From: an uncultured Chlamydiales bacterium
GTDB lineage: Bacteria; Chlamydiota; Chlamydiia; Chlamydiales; Rhabdochlamydiaceae
Length of the DNA: 64,000 bases
Direction of reading: 5' to 3'
NCBI GenBank assembly: GCA_963700985.1
Contig: OY969554.1
Coordinates: 1,728,001-1,792,000 of the forward strand
This document shows, in pieces, positions 29,243-39,628 of this stretch. The notes below the pieces were generated by a model, which saw nothing but the letters and a program-made list of their open reading frames with translations, was not told the origin of the DNA and searched no databases. Position numbers and translations under genes: made by a program. How positions within the stretch are numbered: position 1 is the stretch's first letter; each line of letters begins with the position of its first letter.

Positions 29243-29917
29243 TTACTTAAGTTCTAGTACCATGCGGATGCGGTTTGCGAGTTTCTCCGACAGATTGGAG
29301 ATGCTCGCAATCTCTTCAATGAGCTTATGCCACAAATAAAAATCAGGAGCAGAAAGTGAGTCGCCTTCAGCGAAGAGTTGCTTCATTAAGCTTCTCTGTG
29401 TCAGGTCGACTTCATGTTCTTTATATGCTGTTTGTTCAACCATCTCTTTTACTTTTTCGGCTTCAAGTCCTCCAAAGGAGGCTTCCAATAGCTCATCGAT
29501 CTCTTCAATGATGTGTTTAGCATCCCAGAAGACGAGAGAGCTTTTTTGAAAAAGAGCCTGCAGCTCTTCTTTGAAATTTTTAAAAGGTGCTAGAGGGCGT
29601 AGGGTGAGAAGAATGCCCACATCTTCTGCTTTATCGGCAATGCTGTCTTGAATCGCTAGGATTTCAAGAAATTGCGGCCGATCGATGGGGAGAAAGAGGC
29701 TTCTTGGAAGATGGTTGCGAATGTCATTTTTAGTCAGATCGGCTTCATGTTCGAGAGTGCAAAGTTCGGTAACGAATTTTTCGATCTGCTCTCTATTCGC
29801 GCTAGGCAAAGAGGCCACAACAGCGGCTAATTTTTCAATGCAGTTAGCCACCTTGTTCATATGGCTTTGGAGCGGAGCAAAAGGAGACTTGCCAAAGAGC
29901 TTTGCGATTGTGAGCAT
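29243..29917 (-). CDS. TIGR00153/DUF47 phosphate transport regulator
   Basis: LFGKSPFAPLQSH, EHEAD and QDSIAD motifs; directly upstream of PiT. Confidence 0.92.
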   Translation of the reverse strand: MLTIAKLFGKSPFAPLQSHMNKVANCIEKLAAVVASLPSANREQIEKFVTELCTLEHEADLTKNDIRNHLPRSLFLPIDRPQFLEILAIQDSIADKAEDVGILLTLRPLAPFKNFKEELQALFQKSSLVFWDAKHIIEEIDELLEASFGGLEAEKVKEMVEQTAYKEHEVDLTQRSLMKQLFAEGDSLSAPDFYLWHKLIEEIASISNLSEKLANRIRMVLELK

Positions 29918-30001
29918 TTCTAAAACCTATCTAAAGAGACAGGTTTATATAGCTCAAGGGCATGCATAAACGCAATAAAGAACCCATTAGAGTATATTTT
30001 T

Positions 30002-30724
30002 CTAAGAAGTTTTCTTGGAAAGATCAAAGATCGCTTCTTTTTCTTTGGAGGTGAGAGCACGCCAGCTTCCGAGAGGGAGTTTGCCAAGCGACAAGCCACC
30101 AATGCGGATGCGTTCTAGTGAAATGATTTCAAGGCCGGCATTTTGGACAAGTAGACGTACTTCTCTTTTTTTGCCTTCCATCACCACAATTTTTAGAGTC
30201 CCGCGTCGCACTTTGGTAACACGCAGAGGTTTAATCCAGCAGTCTTCTACTTCTGTGCCGCGTGAGATGTTAACTAGTTGATCGTGCTTAATTTCGTCAT
30301 GCACTTTAACCAGATACTCTTTCTGAATATTCGCAGATGGATGGATAACTTTTTGGGAGAAATGGCCATCGTTGGTCACGATGATCAGGCCGGTTGTATC
30401 TCTATCGAGACGGCCGATGGTAAACAGTCTGTGGGTAAGTGGTTCAAACAGATCTGTGACGATTTTTTTTGTGCCGACGCGTTTGTTCGAGCAGATGTAA
30501 CCTGTAGGTTTATTAAGGATGTAATAAACTTTGGGTTCTTCATTAGGGAGCATCTTACCATGCACTTGAATGGTATCTTCTTCCCAAGAGACGAGGGTCT
30601 GCGGTACAACGACGACTTTGCCGTTTACTTTCACTTTTCCGTTAAAAATGAGCTCTTCGCATGCGCGCCTTGAGGCAACGCCTGCGGCGGCAAGAGCTTT
30701 ACTGAGACGCTTTTTAGTTTCCAT
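30002..30724 (-). CDS. rRNA pseudouridine synthase (RsuA/RluB family)
   Basis: S4 domain (RLSKALAAAGVASRR); GRLD catalytic motif. Confidence 0.93.
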   Translation of the reverse strand: METKKRLSKALAAAGVASRRACEELIFNGKVKVNGKVVVVPQTLVSWEEDTIQVHGKMLPNEEPKVYYILNKPTGYICSNKRVGTKKIVTDLFEPLTHRLFTIGRLDRDTTGLIIVTNDGHFSQKVIHPSANIQKEYLVKVHDEIKHDQLVNISRGTEVEDCWIKPLRVTKVRRGTLKIVVMEGKKREVRLLVQNAGLEIISLERIRIGGLSLGKLPLGSWRALTSKEKEAIFDLSKKTS

Positions 30725-30850
30725 AGGGCACAATCATATAGGGAAAAAGCAAAAAAATACAAATAAAAAATCATTGATTATTAAAAACTATTTTAATTTA
30801 ACTATTGTAATTAGTTTGTTATGATAATGCCCCTCTAATAAGGGGGTTTT

Positions 30851-31198
30851 ATGGTTGGTGAAATTCATCAATATATCGAACAGGTTAAGCAAGAACAGGT
30901 CTATTCTATTCCTTACGACACACGTCCGATGGAAGGGCCCCTTCGTCCTGGCGAAAGGATTGTATTACATGGTGGCATTACGATTGGGAATCAGACAAAT
31001 GAAGAGATCTTTATTCATGAAGATTTTTTTTTAAATAAAGGTGGCTATCACATCACCGTTATTCACCCAGCTTCTGGCGCTGTGTTAATTTCTTCCCAGC
31101 AAGCTCCGATGCAGTCAGCCTACTTATTTGTCATATTAGATGGAGTGCCTGTGCTTGAGCGGCTTGAACGCAATCTGATTGCAGAAGCTTCAGAGTAA
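30851..31198 (+). CDS. Hypothetical protein
   Basis: 115-aa ORF with an AAGGGG RBS; no recognised motif. Confidence 0.55.
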   Translation: MVGEIHQYIEQVKQEQVYSIPYDTRPMEGPLRPGERIVLHGGITIGNQTNEEIFIHEDFFLNKGGYHITVIHPASGAVLISSQQAPMQSAYLFVILDGVPVLERLERNLIAEASE

Positions 31199-31252
31199 TC
31201 TCCCTGGCTGTTATCATTAATTTTTTGGAGCTTTAAGAGGGATTTTTTCAGA

Positions 31253-31951
31253 ATGGCACATTCAAAATCAAAATTGGTCATGCTCAGGCATGGACAATCA
31301 GAGTGGAATAAGCTCAATTTATTTACTGGCTGGGTGGATATTCCACTCAGTCCTGAAGGCGTTCAAGAGTCTTTGGAAGCAGGTAGACGCATTGCACATA
31401 TCCCATTTGATGTAATCTTTGTCTCTTCCCTTATTCGAGCGCAGATGACGGCCATGCTGGCTATGAGTGTGCACGGATCAAAAAAAGTTCCGACTATACT
31501 TCATCCTCATCAGGGTAAGCTCGAAGATTGGGCCAAAATTTACAGTCCAGAAACAGAAAAACAGTGCATCCCGGTTATTGCCGCTTGGCAGCTCAATGAA
31601 AGAATGTATGGACGCCTACAAGGCATGAATAAACGTGAGATGATGGATAAGTTTGGCCAAGAACAAGTTCAGATCTGGCGACGTAGTTTTGATGTTCCTC
31701 CTCCAGAAGGTGAGAGTCTAGAGATGACGGCCGAACGCGCGCTTCCCTATTTTAACGAAGAGATAATTCCTTACTTGAATCAGGGAAAAAATGTTCTGAT
31801 CTGCGCGCATGGCAACTCGATGCGTGCTATCATGATGCAACTCGACAAACTCAATAAGCAGCAGGTAGTCGAACTGGAGATTCCAACCGGATTGCCCATT
31901 GTTTACAACTTTCACGACCATCATTGGGAAAAAGAGCCATCCTCGAAATGA
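31253..31951 (+). CDS. gpmA: 2,3-bisphosphoglycerate-dependent phosphoglycerate mutase
   Basis: LRHGQSEWN, LNERMYG and AHGNS motifs. Confidence 0.95.
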   Translation: MAHSKSKLVMLRHGQSEWNKLNLFTGWVDIPLSPEGVQESLEAGRRIAHIPFDVIFVSSLIRAQMTAMLAMSVHGSKKVPTILHPHQGKLEDWAKIYSPETEKQCIPVIAAWQLNERMYGRLQGMNKREMMDKFGQEQVQIWRRSFDVPPPEGESLEMTAERALPYFNEEIIPYLNQGKNVLICAHGNSMRAIMMQLDKLNKQQVVELEIPTGLPIVYNFHDHHWEKEPSSK

Positions 31952-33069
31952 AAAGTGTGTATTTAGATAATCAGACGCTCACGCGTCCTTTTTCACGTGT
32001 GTTAGAGCAGATGCTCGCTTTTCAGCATGAGCTCTGGGATGCGCATGCCATACCCCATGCAGCGGCGCAGCTTCAGAATCTAACGGTGAATAGAGCTAAA
32101 GCGAAAATGGCTGATCATTTCGGCATGGGTGACAACGATCATTTTATCTTTGCACATAGCGCCGATGAGGCGATCCATAAACTTTTTCTTGCCACCTACA
32201 TCGACCTAGTCAGAGAAACGGGACGTTCTCATTTTCTCACAGCACCTGGAGAGATTAGTTCGATTCTCTCCGCTACCGCGCGCATGGAGAAGTTAGGGTG
32301 TGCCGTTAAAACACTACCTCTCAATGCGTATGGACAGATTACAAGAGCAGTTTTAGAAGAGAACTTACGCGCACGCACGGCGCTTGTCTCTCTTTCGTGG
32401 GCAGATCCTTTTACCGGTGTGATTCAGCCCATCGCAGACCTCGGCGAACTATGTAAAGAAAAAGGCGTGCTTCTGCATGTAGATGCTACCGCTGCACTTG
32501 GTAAATTCTTCTTCCGCTTTCAAGATCTAAATGTCGATTTTTTGACCTTCGATGGTAAATCTGTGCACGCGCCCGAAGGCACGGCGGGGTTAATCGTCAA
32601 AGCCGGGTGTCTGCTCAGTACACTAAAAGATGGCGCTCAAAAACCTGCAGCCGCCATGCATGCGCTTGCACTTGCTTTCGATGATCTACATCAGTCTCTC
32701 GATCACGTATGTATTGAAACAGCCAGGCTGAGAAATAAATTAGAAGAGGGATTGCAGGCCCAACTATCCGATGTTTCTCCCCTTTTTGCAGAAAGCGAAA
32801 GAGCACCGCATATTAGCGCTATCGCCTTTCATGGGGTTAATGCGGAAGCGCTTCTTTTCCACCTTCACCGGCAAGGGATCTATGCCCAATTGGGTGGTGA
32901 GGCTTTTACATCACTTCTTGCGGCTTGTGGCAAAGATAGCGCGCTTGCGCACTGCACTTTGAGCTTTGCACTTTGCTATGAAACCAGCGAAGCCGATATT
33001 GACTACGTCCTGGAAAAAATCATCTCTGCAGTAAAAAAACTGCGCCAAGGGAGCCAATGTCTGATTTAA
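31948..33069 (+). CDS. NifS/IscS-like class V aminotransferase-fold protein with degenerate catalytic motifs
   Basis: VYLDN, TGVIQPI and LHVDA motifs; upstream of a nifU-like gene; start placed at ATG 31948. Confidence 0.85.
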   Translation: MKSVYLDNQTLTRPFSRVLEQMLAFQHELWDAHAIPHAAAQLQNLTVNRAKAKMADHFGMGDNDHFIFAHSADEAIHKLFLATYIDLVRETGRSHFLTAPGEISSILSATARMEKLGCAVKTLPLNAYGQITRAVLEENLRARTALVSLSWADPFTGVIQPIADLGELCKEKGVLLHVDATAALGKFFFRFQDLNVDFLTFDGKSVHAPEGTAGLIVKAGCLLSTLKDGAQKPAAAMHALALAFDDLHQSLDHVCIETARLRNKLEEGLQAQLSDVSPLFAESERAPHISAIAFHGVNAEALLFHLHRQGIYAQLGGEAFTSLLAACGKDSALAHCTLSFALCYETSEADIDYVLEKIISAVKKLRQGSQCLI

Positions 33070-33809
33070 ACTGGCTAAATTTTAGCAATAAGTTACTGGC
33101 GCGCATCGAAAATCCCATCAGCATGGGTTATTTTACGCCTCAGAATGCCGATGCCCGAATGATGCGCCTTGCCGTTGGCAAAGAAGGAGATCTCGCCAAG
33201 GGAGATCTCGTGCAGCTCTACTTTTTAGTCGATTTGAGTGACGGTGTAATTGCCGATGCAAAATTCCAAGTTTTTGGCCCGCCCGCCCTTATCGGTGCAG
33301 CTGAGAGCGCCTGCGAACTAGTTTTGCGCAAGAACTACGAGCAAGCAAGGCGGCTTACCACTGAGCTGATCGAAAAGCAGATGCGCGATCGAGATGGAGA
33401 ATGCGCCTTTCCTAAAGAGGCAGATTGGGCGCTTAATTTTGTGCTCGATGCCATCGATAAGGCGGCTGAGCAGTGTATGGACATTCCCATCGCCGATGCC
33501 TATCTTGCGCCTCCCATCTCACCCAATGAGATTGGCGAGCAGCGTGAATATCCCGGCTGGAAAGAACTTACCTCAGGCCAAAAGATTGCTGTACTGGAAG
33601 AAGTCATTGCACAAGATATCCGCGCTTATATTGAGCTCGATGCCGGCGGCGTACAAGTGATCGATTTCATTGGAGAGAGTGAAGTAATTATTTCTTACCA
33701 AGGCGCCTGCACATCTTGTCATTCGGCCACGGGTGCCACCTTAAATTCAATTCAAGAGATTCTGCGCGCCAAAGTTTCTCCGGATCTCATGATCACTCCT
33801 CGTCTCTAA
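33057..33809 (+). CDS. NifU-like Fe-S scaffold/carrier (IscU-like N-domain plus Nfu C-domain)
   Basis: IADAKFQVFG in the N-domain; DAGGV...YQGACTSC in the C-domain. Confidence 0.9.
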   Translation: MSDLNWLNFSNKLLARIENPISMGYFTPQNADARMMRLAVGKEGDLAKGDLVQLYFLVDLSDGVIADAKFQVFGPPALIGAAESACELVLRKNYEQARRLTTELIEKQMRDRDGECAFPKEADWALNFVLDAIDKAAEQCMDIPIADAYLAPPISPNEIGEQREYPGWKELTSGQKIAVLEEVIAQDIRAYIELDAGGVQVIDFIGESEVIISYQGACTSCHSATGATLNSIQEILRAKVSPDLMITPRL

Positions 33810-33867
33810 TTGTCATCTGGACTATAATTTCCTCTCGATTAATCACTTTTAATGACGGGAGTTGTTT

Positions 33868-35154
33868 ATGGCCATCGATCCTTCTGTGCAATCGAAACCA
33901 GCCCTTCTCTATCAGCAGTTAACTTCCGAACTTAGCGACATCGAATGTAAGCAGATGGACGACAATCGCTGGTTTGAGCTGCAAGAAGATCATCTTGTGC
34001 TGGCTGAGCGACCTCTTGATTGTTTGGCGCTCATCTGGAAATTTTTAGTGCGTCTTTTTACAAATGAGCTTCCCAGGCTTGAACAGAAATTCACCCAGAT
34101 TACAGATCTTGTAGAAGCGTATTTAGGTGTTGAGAACGATGCTGAGAAATTGAGTGAATTTTTAGGGCGTTACTCAGTTGCTCTAAATGAACTCTATCGT
34201 TCTGCTGCCAAAATGCAAAGAGCTCAGCGAATTTCTGAACAAACAATTGCGCATATGAGGCAAAAGCCGGCGATAGAAGCATTTATTCTAGCTGACAAGT
34301 ATGTGAATTTTTTCAAGATGGGATCTTCTCTCAAAAATGCTGATGTGCAATTTAAGTTTGAAGAGAGAGACGCCAATTATGCGAATTTTCTATCCACGCA
34401 AAAATTTGTAGAGAGCCATATTGCTTGCTCTTTCGCAATAGATGTCACCAAACCCAACCGCATTTGGGCAGAGATAAGACATAACTTTCCTCTTAGAATG
34501 ATTGGTCAAGCTGCCTATCAGCTATCTATCGATTCAAAGGGCGTTCTTACTTCTAGTCGGCTGCCGGCAGATGCATCAAAAGGCCTTTTGCGTTTTCTAA
34601 ACCAGAGTGGCAAAGAGATGCGAGTTAACATTGCCTCGCAGGCGAGGGAGGTAGCCCAACTACCTGCAATTGAGATAGAGCAATTCGTCATGCACGACGG
34701 TGCATCAAAAGAGTTTATTGTACCTCAAGAGTTTCGAAATGTGGCTCTCAATGTGACAGCTCTATTTGAAACTGCTCGAAAGGATTTTAGGCTTTGCAAA
34801 TTGGCCTCGCACACATTTGTCATAGATAAAGATGCTGTTTTTCAATGGCATACGAGCCCTGGCTATGTGTGTAAAGAAGGAAAACAAAATTCTTTAAAGC
34901 TTGAAAAAGGGGAAGGGCTTACCTTGTCTGCGGTAAAAGATGCCTCCCCAGAACAATTAGTCGTCTTAGACGTAGAAGGAGCGTTTGAGATGCGCTTTGT
35001 GATAGATCGCAGTCAAGCGTTTGAGGCAGCTAGATATGACGATACATTAGCACACCTTTCACGCCACTTCGCGGGTCAGACAGAGCGCATAGCGAAAATC
35101 GCGCGCGAGGGAATCCAGGTGATCGCGCGTATTGATCAAGTGAAATGGCTATGA
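33868..35154 (+). CDS. Hypothetical protein, paralog of 35213-36541 (candidate effector)
   Basis: Long ORF sharing DNRWFEL...RPLDCLALIW...NELYxSAAKMQ with the next gene. Confidence 0.75.
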   Translation: MAIDPSVQSKPALLYQQLTSELSDIECKQMDDNRWFELQEDHLVLAERPLDCLALIWKFLVRLFTNELPRLEQKFTQITDLVEAYLGVENDAEKLSEFLGRYSVALNELYRSAAKMQRAQRISEQTIAHMRQKPAIEAFILADKYVNFFKMGSSLKNADVQFKFEERDANYANFLSTQKFVESHIACSFAIDVTKPNRIWAEIRHNFPLRMIGQAAYQLSIDSKGVLTSSRLPADASKGLLRFLNQSGKEMRVNIASQAREVAQLPAIEIEQFVMHDGASKEFIVPQEFRNVALNVTALFETARKDFRLCKLASHTFVIDKDAVFQWHTSPGYVCKEGKQNSLKLEKGEGLTLSAVKDASPEQLVVLDVEGAFEMRFVIDRSQAFEAARYDDTLAHLSRHFAGQTERIAKIAREGIQVIARIDQVKWL

Positions 35155-35212
35155 TTAATAATTTTGTAATGTTTATAATTTTACCCACAAAATTACTTTA
35201 AATAGGTAACTT

Positions 35213-36541
35213 ATGGCTGCCGCAGGAAGAGTGGGTGCAAACCTCCAAAATCCCCAGATTCTTCTTCAACAACTTGAAGGTGAGTTTCAAGATATTTTAA
35301 CCAAAGAGGTGGGGGATAACCGCTGGTTTGAACTCAATGCTGATAATCATCTCGTGTTGCGCGACAGACCGCTAGATTGCCTCGCTCTTATTTGGGAATT
35401 TTTGATTCGGCTATTCACCAGCAAATTATCACGCATCGAACATAAGTTTGTAGCCATCACTGAGCGAGTTTCAGAATATCTAAAAGTTGAAGATGACATC
35501 TTGCGCTTGGGAGACTTCTTAAGTCGGCATACGCTTGTTATAAATGAACTTTATCAAAGCGCTGCGAAGATGCAATATGTCGGTCATATAACTCTGCGGG
35601 CACTGCAGAATATGAAACAAAAACAGGAGATTGCCGATCTGATTCTCACCGAATTAGATGAAAGACCTATAGCTCAAGGGCTGCGTCCTGCCTATGTATT
35701 TAGAGGGATTGCAACAATTGAAAATCAATATCCCCAAGATTCAAAAAACCTAGTGCGTTTTTGTTTTCAAAACGAAGAAGAGCCTTTAGAGGCAACTTTA
35801 TCAGGCCCTGAACTTGCTCCTCATCAATTTTTTTCTCAATCTTTTGAAAATTCTGGTAGATCAAATTCCGTTCAAGCAGATGTCACGCATTCTGCTCAAT
35901 TAGCCCAAGCGCGCATTGCTCTATCGGAAGTGAGCATTATGCAAAATGGCGAGATTCAGCTTAAACTGCTTACAACTCAAGGTGTTCCGCCGAATCACCT
36001 GCATTTTAAAAACGAAAGCAATATTGAGATGCTTGTAACGCTCCGTCCCGCAAGAGCTCCGTTTAATGCGTTTTCTTCTTTTCGACTTAATCCTGAAGAG
36101 AGCCTTACTTATTCTTTGACAGGTATATTAAATAATCAAGATTTAGGAATTCAGACAACATTCAGGACTCCTCCAAAGAATTTTACGCCCTCTTGTAAAT
36201 TAGCAAAATATCGAATAGAGGTCTGCGATAATGGAGCCCTTCAGATAGGCATTCTGCCGCAAAGAGTGGGAGAAACAGTTAGGCGTGTATTAAAAGAAGG
36301 CGATGCATTCACAATGGAGAGTTCAAATCCTGTTGGATGCGAACTCGTTACATTCCAGATAGAAGGAATGCGGCCTCAAAGAGCTTTAATTGAGGGAAAC
36401 ATCAAATGGAAAACCACATTTGCTGAGCAATTTTCCAAACTTTCGAGGGCATTTGGTCACGACCCTGAAAGATTAGCCCAAATACGAAGGGATGGAATCC
36501 AAATTGAAACCAAGCGAGAGCTGGTTGCCAAGGCTCTTTAA
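35213..36541 (+). CDS. Hypothetical protein, paralog of 33868-35154 (candidate effector)
   Basis: Long ORF sharing N- and C-terminal blocks with the previous gene. Confidence 0.75.
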   Translation: MAAAGRVGANLQNPQILLQQLEGEFQDILTKEVGDNRWFELNADNHLVLRDRPLDCLALIWEFLIRLFTSKLSRIEHKFVAITERVSEYLKVEDDILRLGDFLSRHTLVINELYQSAAKMQYVGHITLRALQNMKQKQEIADLILTELDERPIAQGLRPAYVFRGIATIENQYPQDSKNLVRFCFQNEEEPLEATLSGPELAPHQFFSQSFENSGRSNSVQADVTHSAQLAQARIALSEVSIMQNGEIQLKLLTTQGVPPNHLHFKNESNIEMLVTLRPARAPFNAFSSFRLNPEESLTYSLTGILNNQDLGIQTTFRTPPKNFTPSCKLAKYRIEVCDNGALQIGILPQRVGETVRRVLKEGDAFTMESSNPVGCELVTFQIEGMRPQRALIEGNIKWKTTFAEQFSKLSRAFGHDPERLAQIRRDGIQIETKRELVAKAL

Positions 36542-37275
36542 CAGACTTCGCCCGCCGCAATGGTTGCAATTTTACCATCGGGCAAAAGTAAGTTGAGCCT
36601 GCCATCTGGATTGATCGATTGACAAATGCCGCGGAGCGTCTCATTCCCATTCGAACAAGTGATAGATTCGCCACAAAAGGCTAAGCGCGCTTGATAAGCG
36701 GCTTGAAAAGGAGCGAAACCCTCTTTCTCTAAGCGATCGAGATCGGTGAGGAATTGCTGGAGCAGTGGCTCGAGGATCTGTTCGAGGGCCCAGGTGTGTC
36801 CGCTAAGTTGCGCAAGAGAGGTAGCTGGTTGATCGATTGTGGCTAAAAGCTCTGCAGACATGTTGACGTTGATGCCAATGCCTAAAATGATTCCCAGATG
36901 ATCTTCAAGAGTGGTCGTCTCACATAAAATTCCTGATACTTTCTTTCCTGAAATCAGGAGATCGTTGGGCCATTTTATTTTTGGCGCAAACCCCTTTTTT
37001 TCTAAAATGGTGGCACAAGAAAGTGAGAGGATCTGCCCCAAGTTAGAAACAATCTTGCTTTCTTTGGACAGTGTGAAAAAAAGCGTGGCGATGATGTTTT
37101 GTCCACGACCCGACACCCAACGACGTTTGAACCTACCACGACCGGCCGTTTGTTCGAGGGCGGTGATGCAGGTTAAATTCTCTGGGTCGAGTGTTTCTGC
37201 ATTTTTCTTGGCCCAAGTGTTCGTCGAGTCAATCGTATCGAAATGCAGGTAATGAATTTTTTTATTTTTTGTCAT
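36538..37275 (-). CDS. birA: Biotin-protein ligase (no HTH domain)
   Basis: DSTN, QTAGRGR, KWPND and KVSGILCE motifs. Confidence 0.95.
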   Translation of the reverse strand: MTKNKKIHYLHFDTIDSTNTWAKKNAETLDPENLTCITALEQTAGRGRFKRRWVSGRGQNIIATLFFTLSKESKIVSNLGQILSLSCATILEKKGFAPKIKWPNDLLISGKKVSGILCETTTLEDHLGIILGIGINVNMSAELLATIDQPATSLAQLSGHTWALEQILEPLLQQFLTDLDRLEKEGFAPFQAAYQARLAFCGESITCSNGNETLRGICQSINPDGRLNLLLPDGKIATIAAGEVC

Positions 37276-37356
37276 AAGTCTCAAATGAGAGAGTGAGTAT
37301 ACTCCAAATTACCTTAAAAGACGCAAGCCACTCTAGCTATCCTAGGACCTTTTTGT

Positions 37357-38472
37357 ATGTGGGATCATAGATTCCTAAGCCGCATCGATTTCCGTGTCCT
37401 TCCAATTCTCTTTGGGCTGATGATTATCAGCTTACTTGTGATCTCTGCCACTACAGGTGAAGAAGGTTTTTTAACACCCACTACCAAAAGTCAGCTTCAG
37501 TGGTTTGTACTAGGCTGGGCGGTTTTTCTTTTTTTTGCGGCCTTCGATTACCGCAAGTTTCGCGAATGGGCCGGAGTTTTCTACATAATAATGATCCTGC
37601 TTCTGATGGGGCTTTTCTTTGCCCCAACGATTCAAAACGTACAACGCTGGTATCGTTTGCCTGGGCTGGGGATTGCAGTGCAGCCTTCCGAATATGCCAA
37701 GCTTATCGTAGTTATCGCCCTGAGCTGGTTTCTGGAAAGCCGTGCGCAAGAGATCCGTCAAAATAGAGCCACTTGGCGGGCGATTTTAATTGTGTTAATT
37801 CCGTTTCTTTTGATTCTCAAACAGCCCGATCTCGGCACCGCGCTCGTGCTCTACCCCATAGCGCTAGTGATGTTCTATTTTGGAGGGATCAAGAAAAAAG
37901 TTATCGTGATTATGTCCTGTATGGGAATCGCCGGCTTCGTGTTTGTCAGTCTGATGTTTTTAGGAATTCTTCCACACGAGGAGATGCGCCCCTACGTCAC
38001 TAAAGTGATTAAGGAATACCAATACGAGCGTCTCAACCCGAATACTTATCACCAGAGGGCCTCACAGACAGCAATTGCACTAGGAGGCATCACAGGCAGC
38101 GGATGGCATAAGAGTGAGTTTACCGGCCGTCAATGGCTTCCTGCGGCCCATACAGATTCAGTCTTTGCTGCCTATGCAGAAGAGTTTGGTTTAGCCGGTG
38201 TCTTTTTGCTGCTAGTCTTCTTTTTTGGTTTAATCTATTTTAGTTTTCAGGTAACAGCAGTAGCTAAGGACAGCTTTGGGCGCCTTCTCTCGGCGGGCAT
38301 TACCGTCTATTTGGCAATGCATATGATTGTCAATATGGGGATGATGTGTGGATTTCTACCCATCACCGGTGTTCCGTTAGTATTAGTCACCTATGGGGGC
38401 TCTTCGATTTTATCGACGATGACTGCGCTGGGAATCTTACAAAGTATTTATAGCAGAAGGTTTATGTTCTAA
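37357..38472 (+). CDS. rodA: SEDS-family rod-shape-determining protein RodA
   Basis: QPSEYAK, QPDLGT, HTDSVF and PITGVPL motifs; next to birA as in chlamydiae. Confidence 0.9.
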   Translation: MWDHRFLSRIDFRVLPILFGLMIISLLVISATTGEEGFLTPTTKSQLQWFVLGWAVFLFFAAFDYRKFREWAGVFYIIMILLLMGLFFAPTIQNVQRWYRLPGLGIAVQPSEYAKLIVVIALSWFLESRAQEIRQNRATWRAILIVLIPFLLILKQPDLGTALVLYPIALVMFYFGGIKKKVIVIMSCMGIAGFVFVSLMFLGILPHEEMRPYVTKVIKEYQYERLNPNTYHQRASQTAIALGGITGSGWHKSEFTGRQWLPAAHTDSVFAAYAEEFGLAGVFLLLVFFFGLIYFSFQVTAVAKDSFGRLLSAGITVYLAMHMIVNMGMMCGFLPITGVPLVLVTYGGSSILSTMTALGILQSIYSRRFMF

Positions 38473-39002
38473 TGTCAAAGCATGCATTCATTCTGGCACC
38501 TAGTTCTTGGCTTGGCGAAGGCAAAATTCAGCTAAATATGGTTGAAGAGGAGCTGGGCTTTGTCACACGTTGGAGCATCTCAGATCGCGATCCTACGGGC
38601 AAAATCGAGTGTGTTCAAGAGATCCAAGTCAAAGGGCTCTCAGATGTCATGCATAATCAATTTTCTTTTTACGACATCACCCAAAGCAATTTCGCAGTCG
38701 ATCTCGAGAATCCAGCACTTGGTCGAGTTGTGGGCACAGGCATTATCAGCGAAAAAGTCATTGGCTGGGAATTTCGAGTGGAAGATCTTGGATTCGAAGG
38801 TTTTGAGTTTTATGAACTGCAAGAAGATGGCAGTTACCTCATGCGTGCAGAATATGCGACTTCAGATCAATTTCGCACGGTTATTCGAGGCAAAGTCTGG
38901 GCTCAAGCTGCAAAAGATCAGACCAAGATTCAAGAGCCTGAGATGAACCGAGATTCCGAGCTAGATCCGGACGGCGAACAAGACAGCGAGGAAAATTCAT
39001 GA
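38472..39002 (+). CDS. Conserved hypothetical protein (probably beta-rich, acidic tail)
   Basis: Translationally coupled to rodA; 176 aa. Confidence 0.7.
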   Translation: MSKHAFILAPSSWLGEGKIQLNMVEEELGFVTRWSISDRDPTGKIECVQEIQVKGLSDVMHNQFSFYDITQSNFAVDLENPALGRVVGTGIISEKVIGWEFRVEDLGFEGFEFYELQEDGSYLMRAEYATSDQFRTVIRGKVWAQAAKDQTKIQEPEMNRDSELDPDGEQDSEENS

Positions 39003-39361
39003 AAGCCTTTTTTTCTTTGTTCATGCTGGTTTTACTCGCTTCATGCTTCACACGTTCAGCCATGATGACCCAAGAAACTTTTGGCACAATTACTCTCGGC
39101 ACACCCATCTCTGAAGTCATTGCAGAGGTTGGTGATCCTTACGCGATTCACTCCAAAGGCGGCGGCATACAAGAGTATGAATATGTTGAGCGCGTTGGGT
39201 CTGAAAATAGTCTTATCTATGAAAATCACTACTTCTTAAAAGTCTCGCAAGGCCAAGTTGTTTCTAAGCGCATGACGCGCGAGAAACTGCCAGCCTACGA
39301 CTTGATTTACCAAGAAGATCCAAACTACCCTTATCTCCAAAGCGCTCCTCGTACGCCTTAA
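38999..39361 (+). CDS. Small lipoprotein, SmpA/BamE-like
   Basis: Lipobox LASC; ITLGTPISEVIAEVGDP pattern. Confidence 0.65.
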   Translation: MKAFFSLFMLVLLASCFTRSAMMTQETFGTITLGTPISEVIAEVGDPYAIHSKGGGIQEYEYVERVGSENSLIYENHYFLKVSQGQVVSKRMTREKLPAYDLIYQEDPNYPYLQSAPRTP

Positions 39362-39444
39362 GAGAGTCAGTAATCTTTGCCTGAGCGTAAGCGCGAATGC
39401 TTTCGTGCCCACGTGCGTGCCCTTGCCTTAAAATTCTGGGGATA

Positions 39445-39511
39445 ACAGGATATGAAGGATGGGATAAAAATATCCTGCGTATCTTGCCGCTTGCGATCCT
39501 GCATATCCTGT
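39445..39511. repeat. REP-like long hairpin
   Basis: ACAGGATATGAAGGAT ... ATCCTGCATATCCTGT, a 15/16 inverted repeat. Confidence 0.55.
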
Positions 39512-39605
39512 AAATGATTTACTAAAAAAACTTGTAGAGCTACACGAATTTCAGCATAGCATGGTATTCGCTATGTATATTCAAATTTAGAAGAGGGATA
39601 AGCTT

Positions 39606-39628
39606 TGGAGTCCTTAAAAAGGACTCCA
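39606..39628 (-). terminator. Hairpin downstream of rpsJ (probable terminator)
   Basis: TGGAGTCCTT-AAA-AAGGACTCCA immediately after the rpsJ stop; weak U-tract. Confidence 0.55.
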
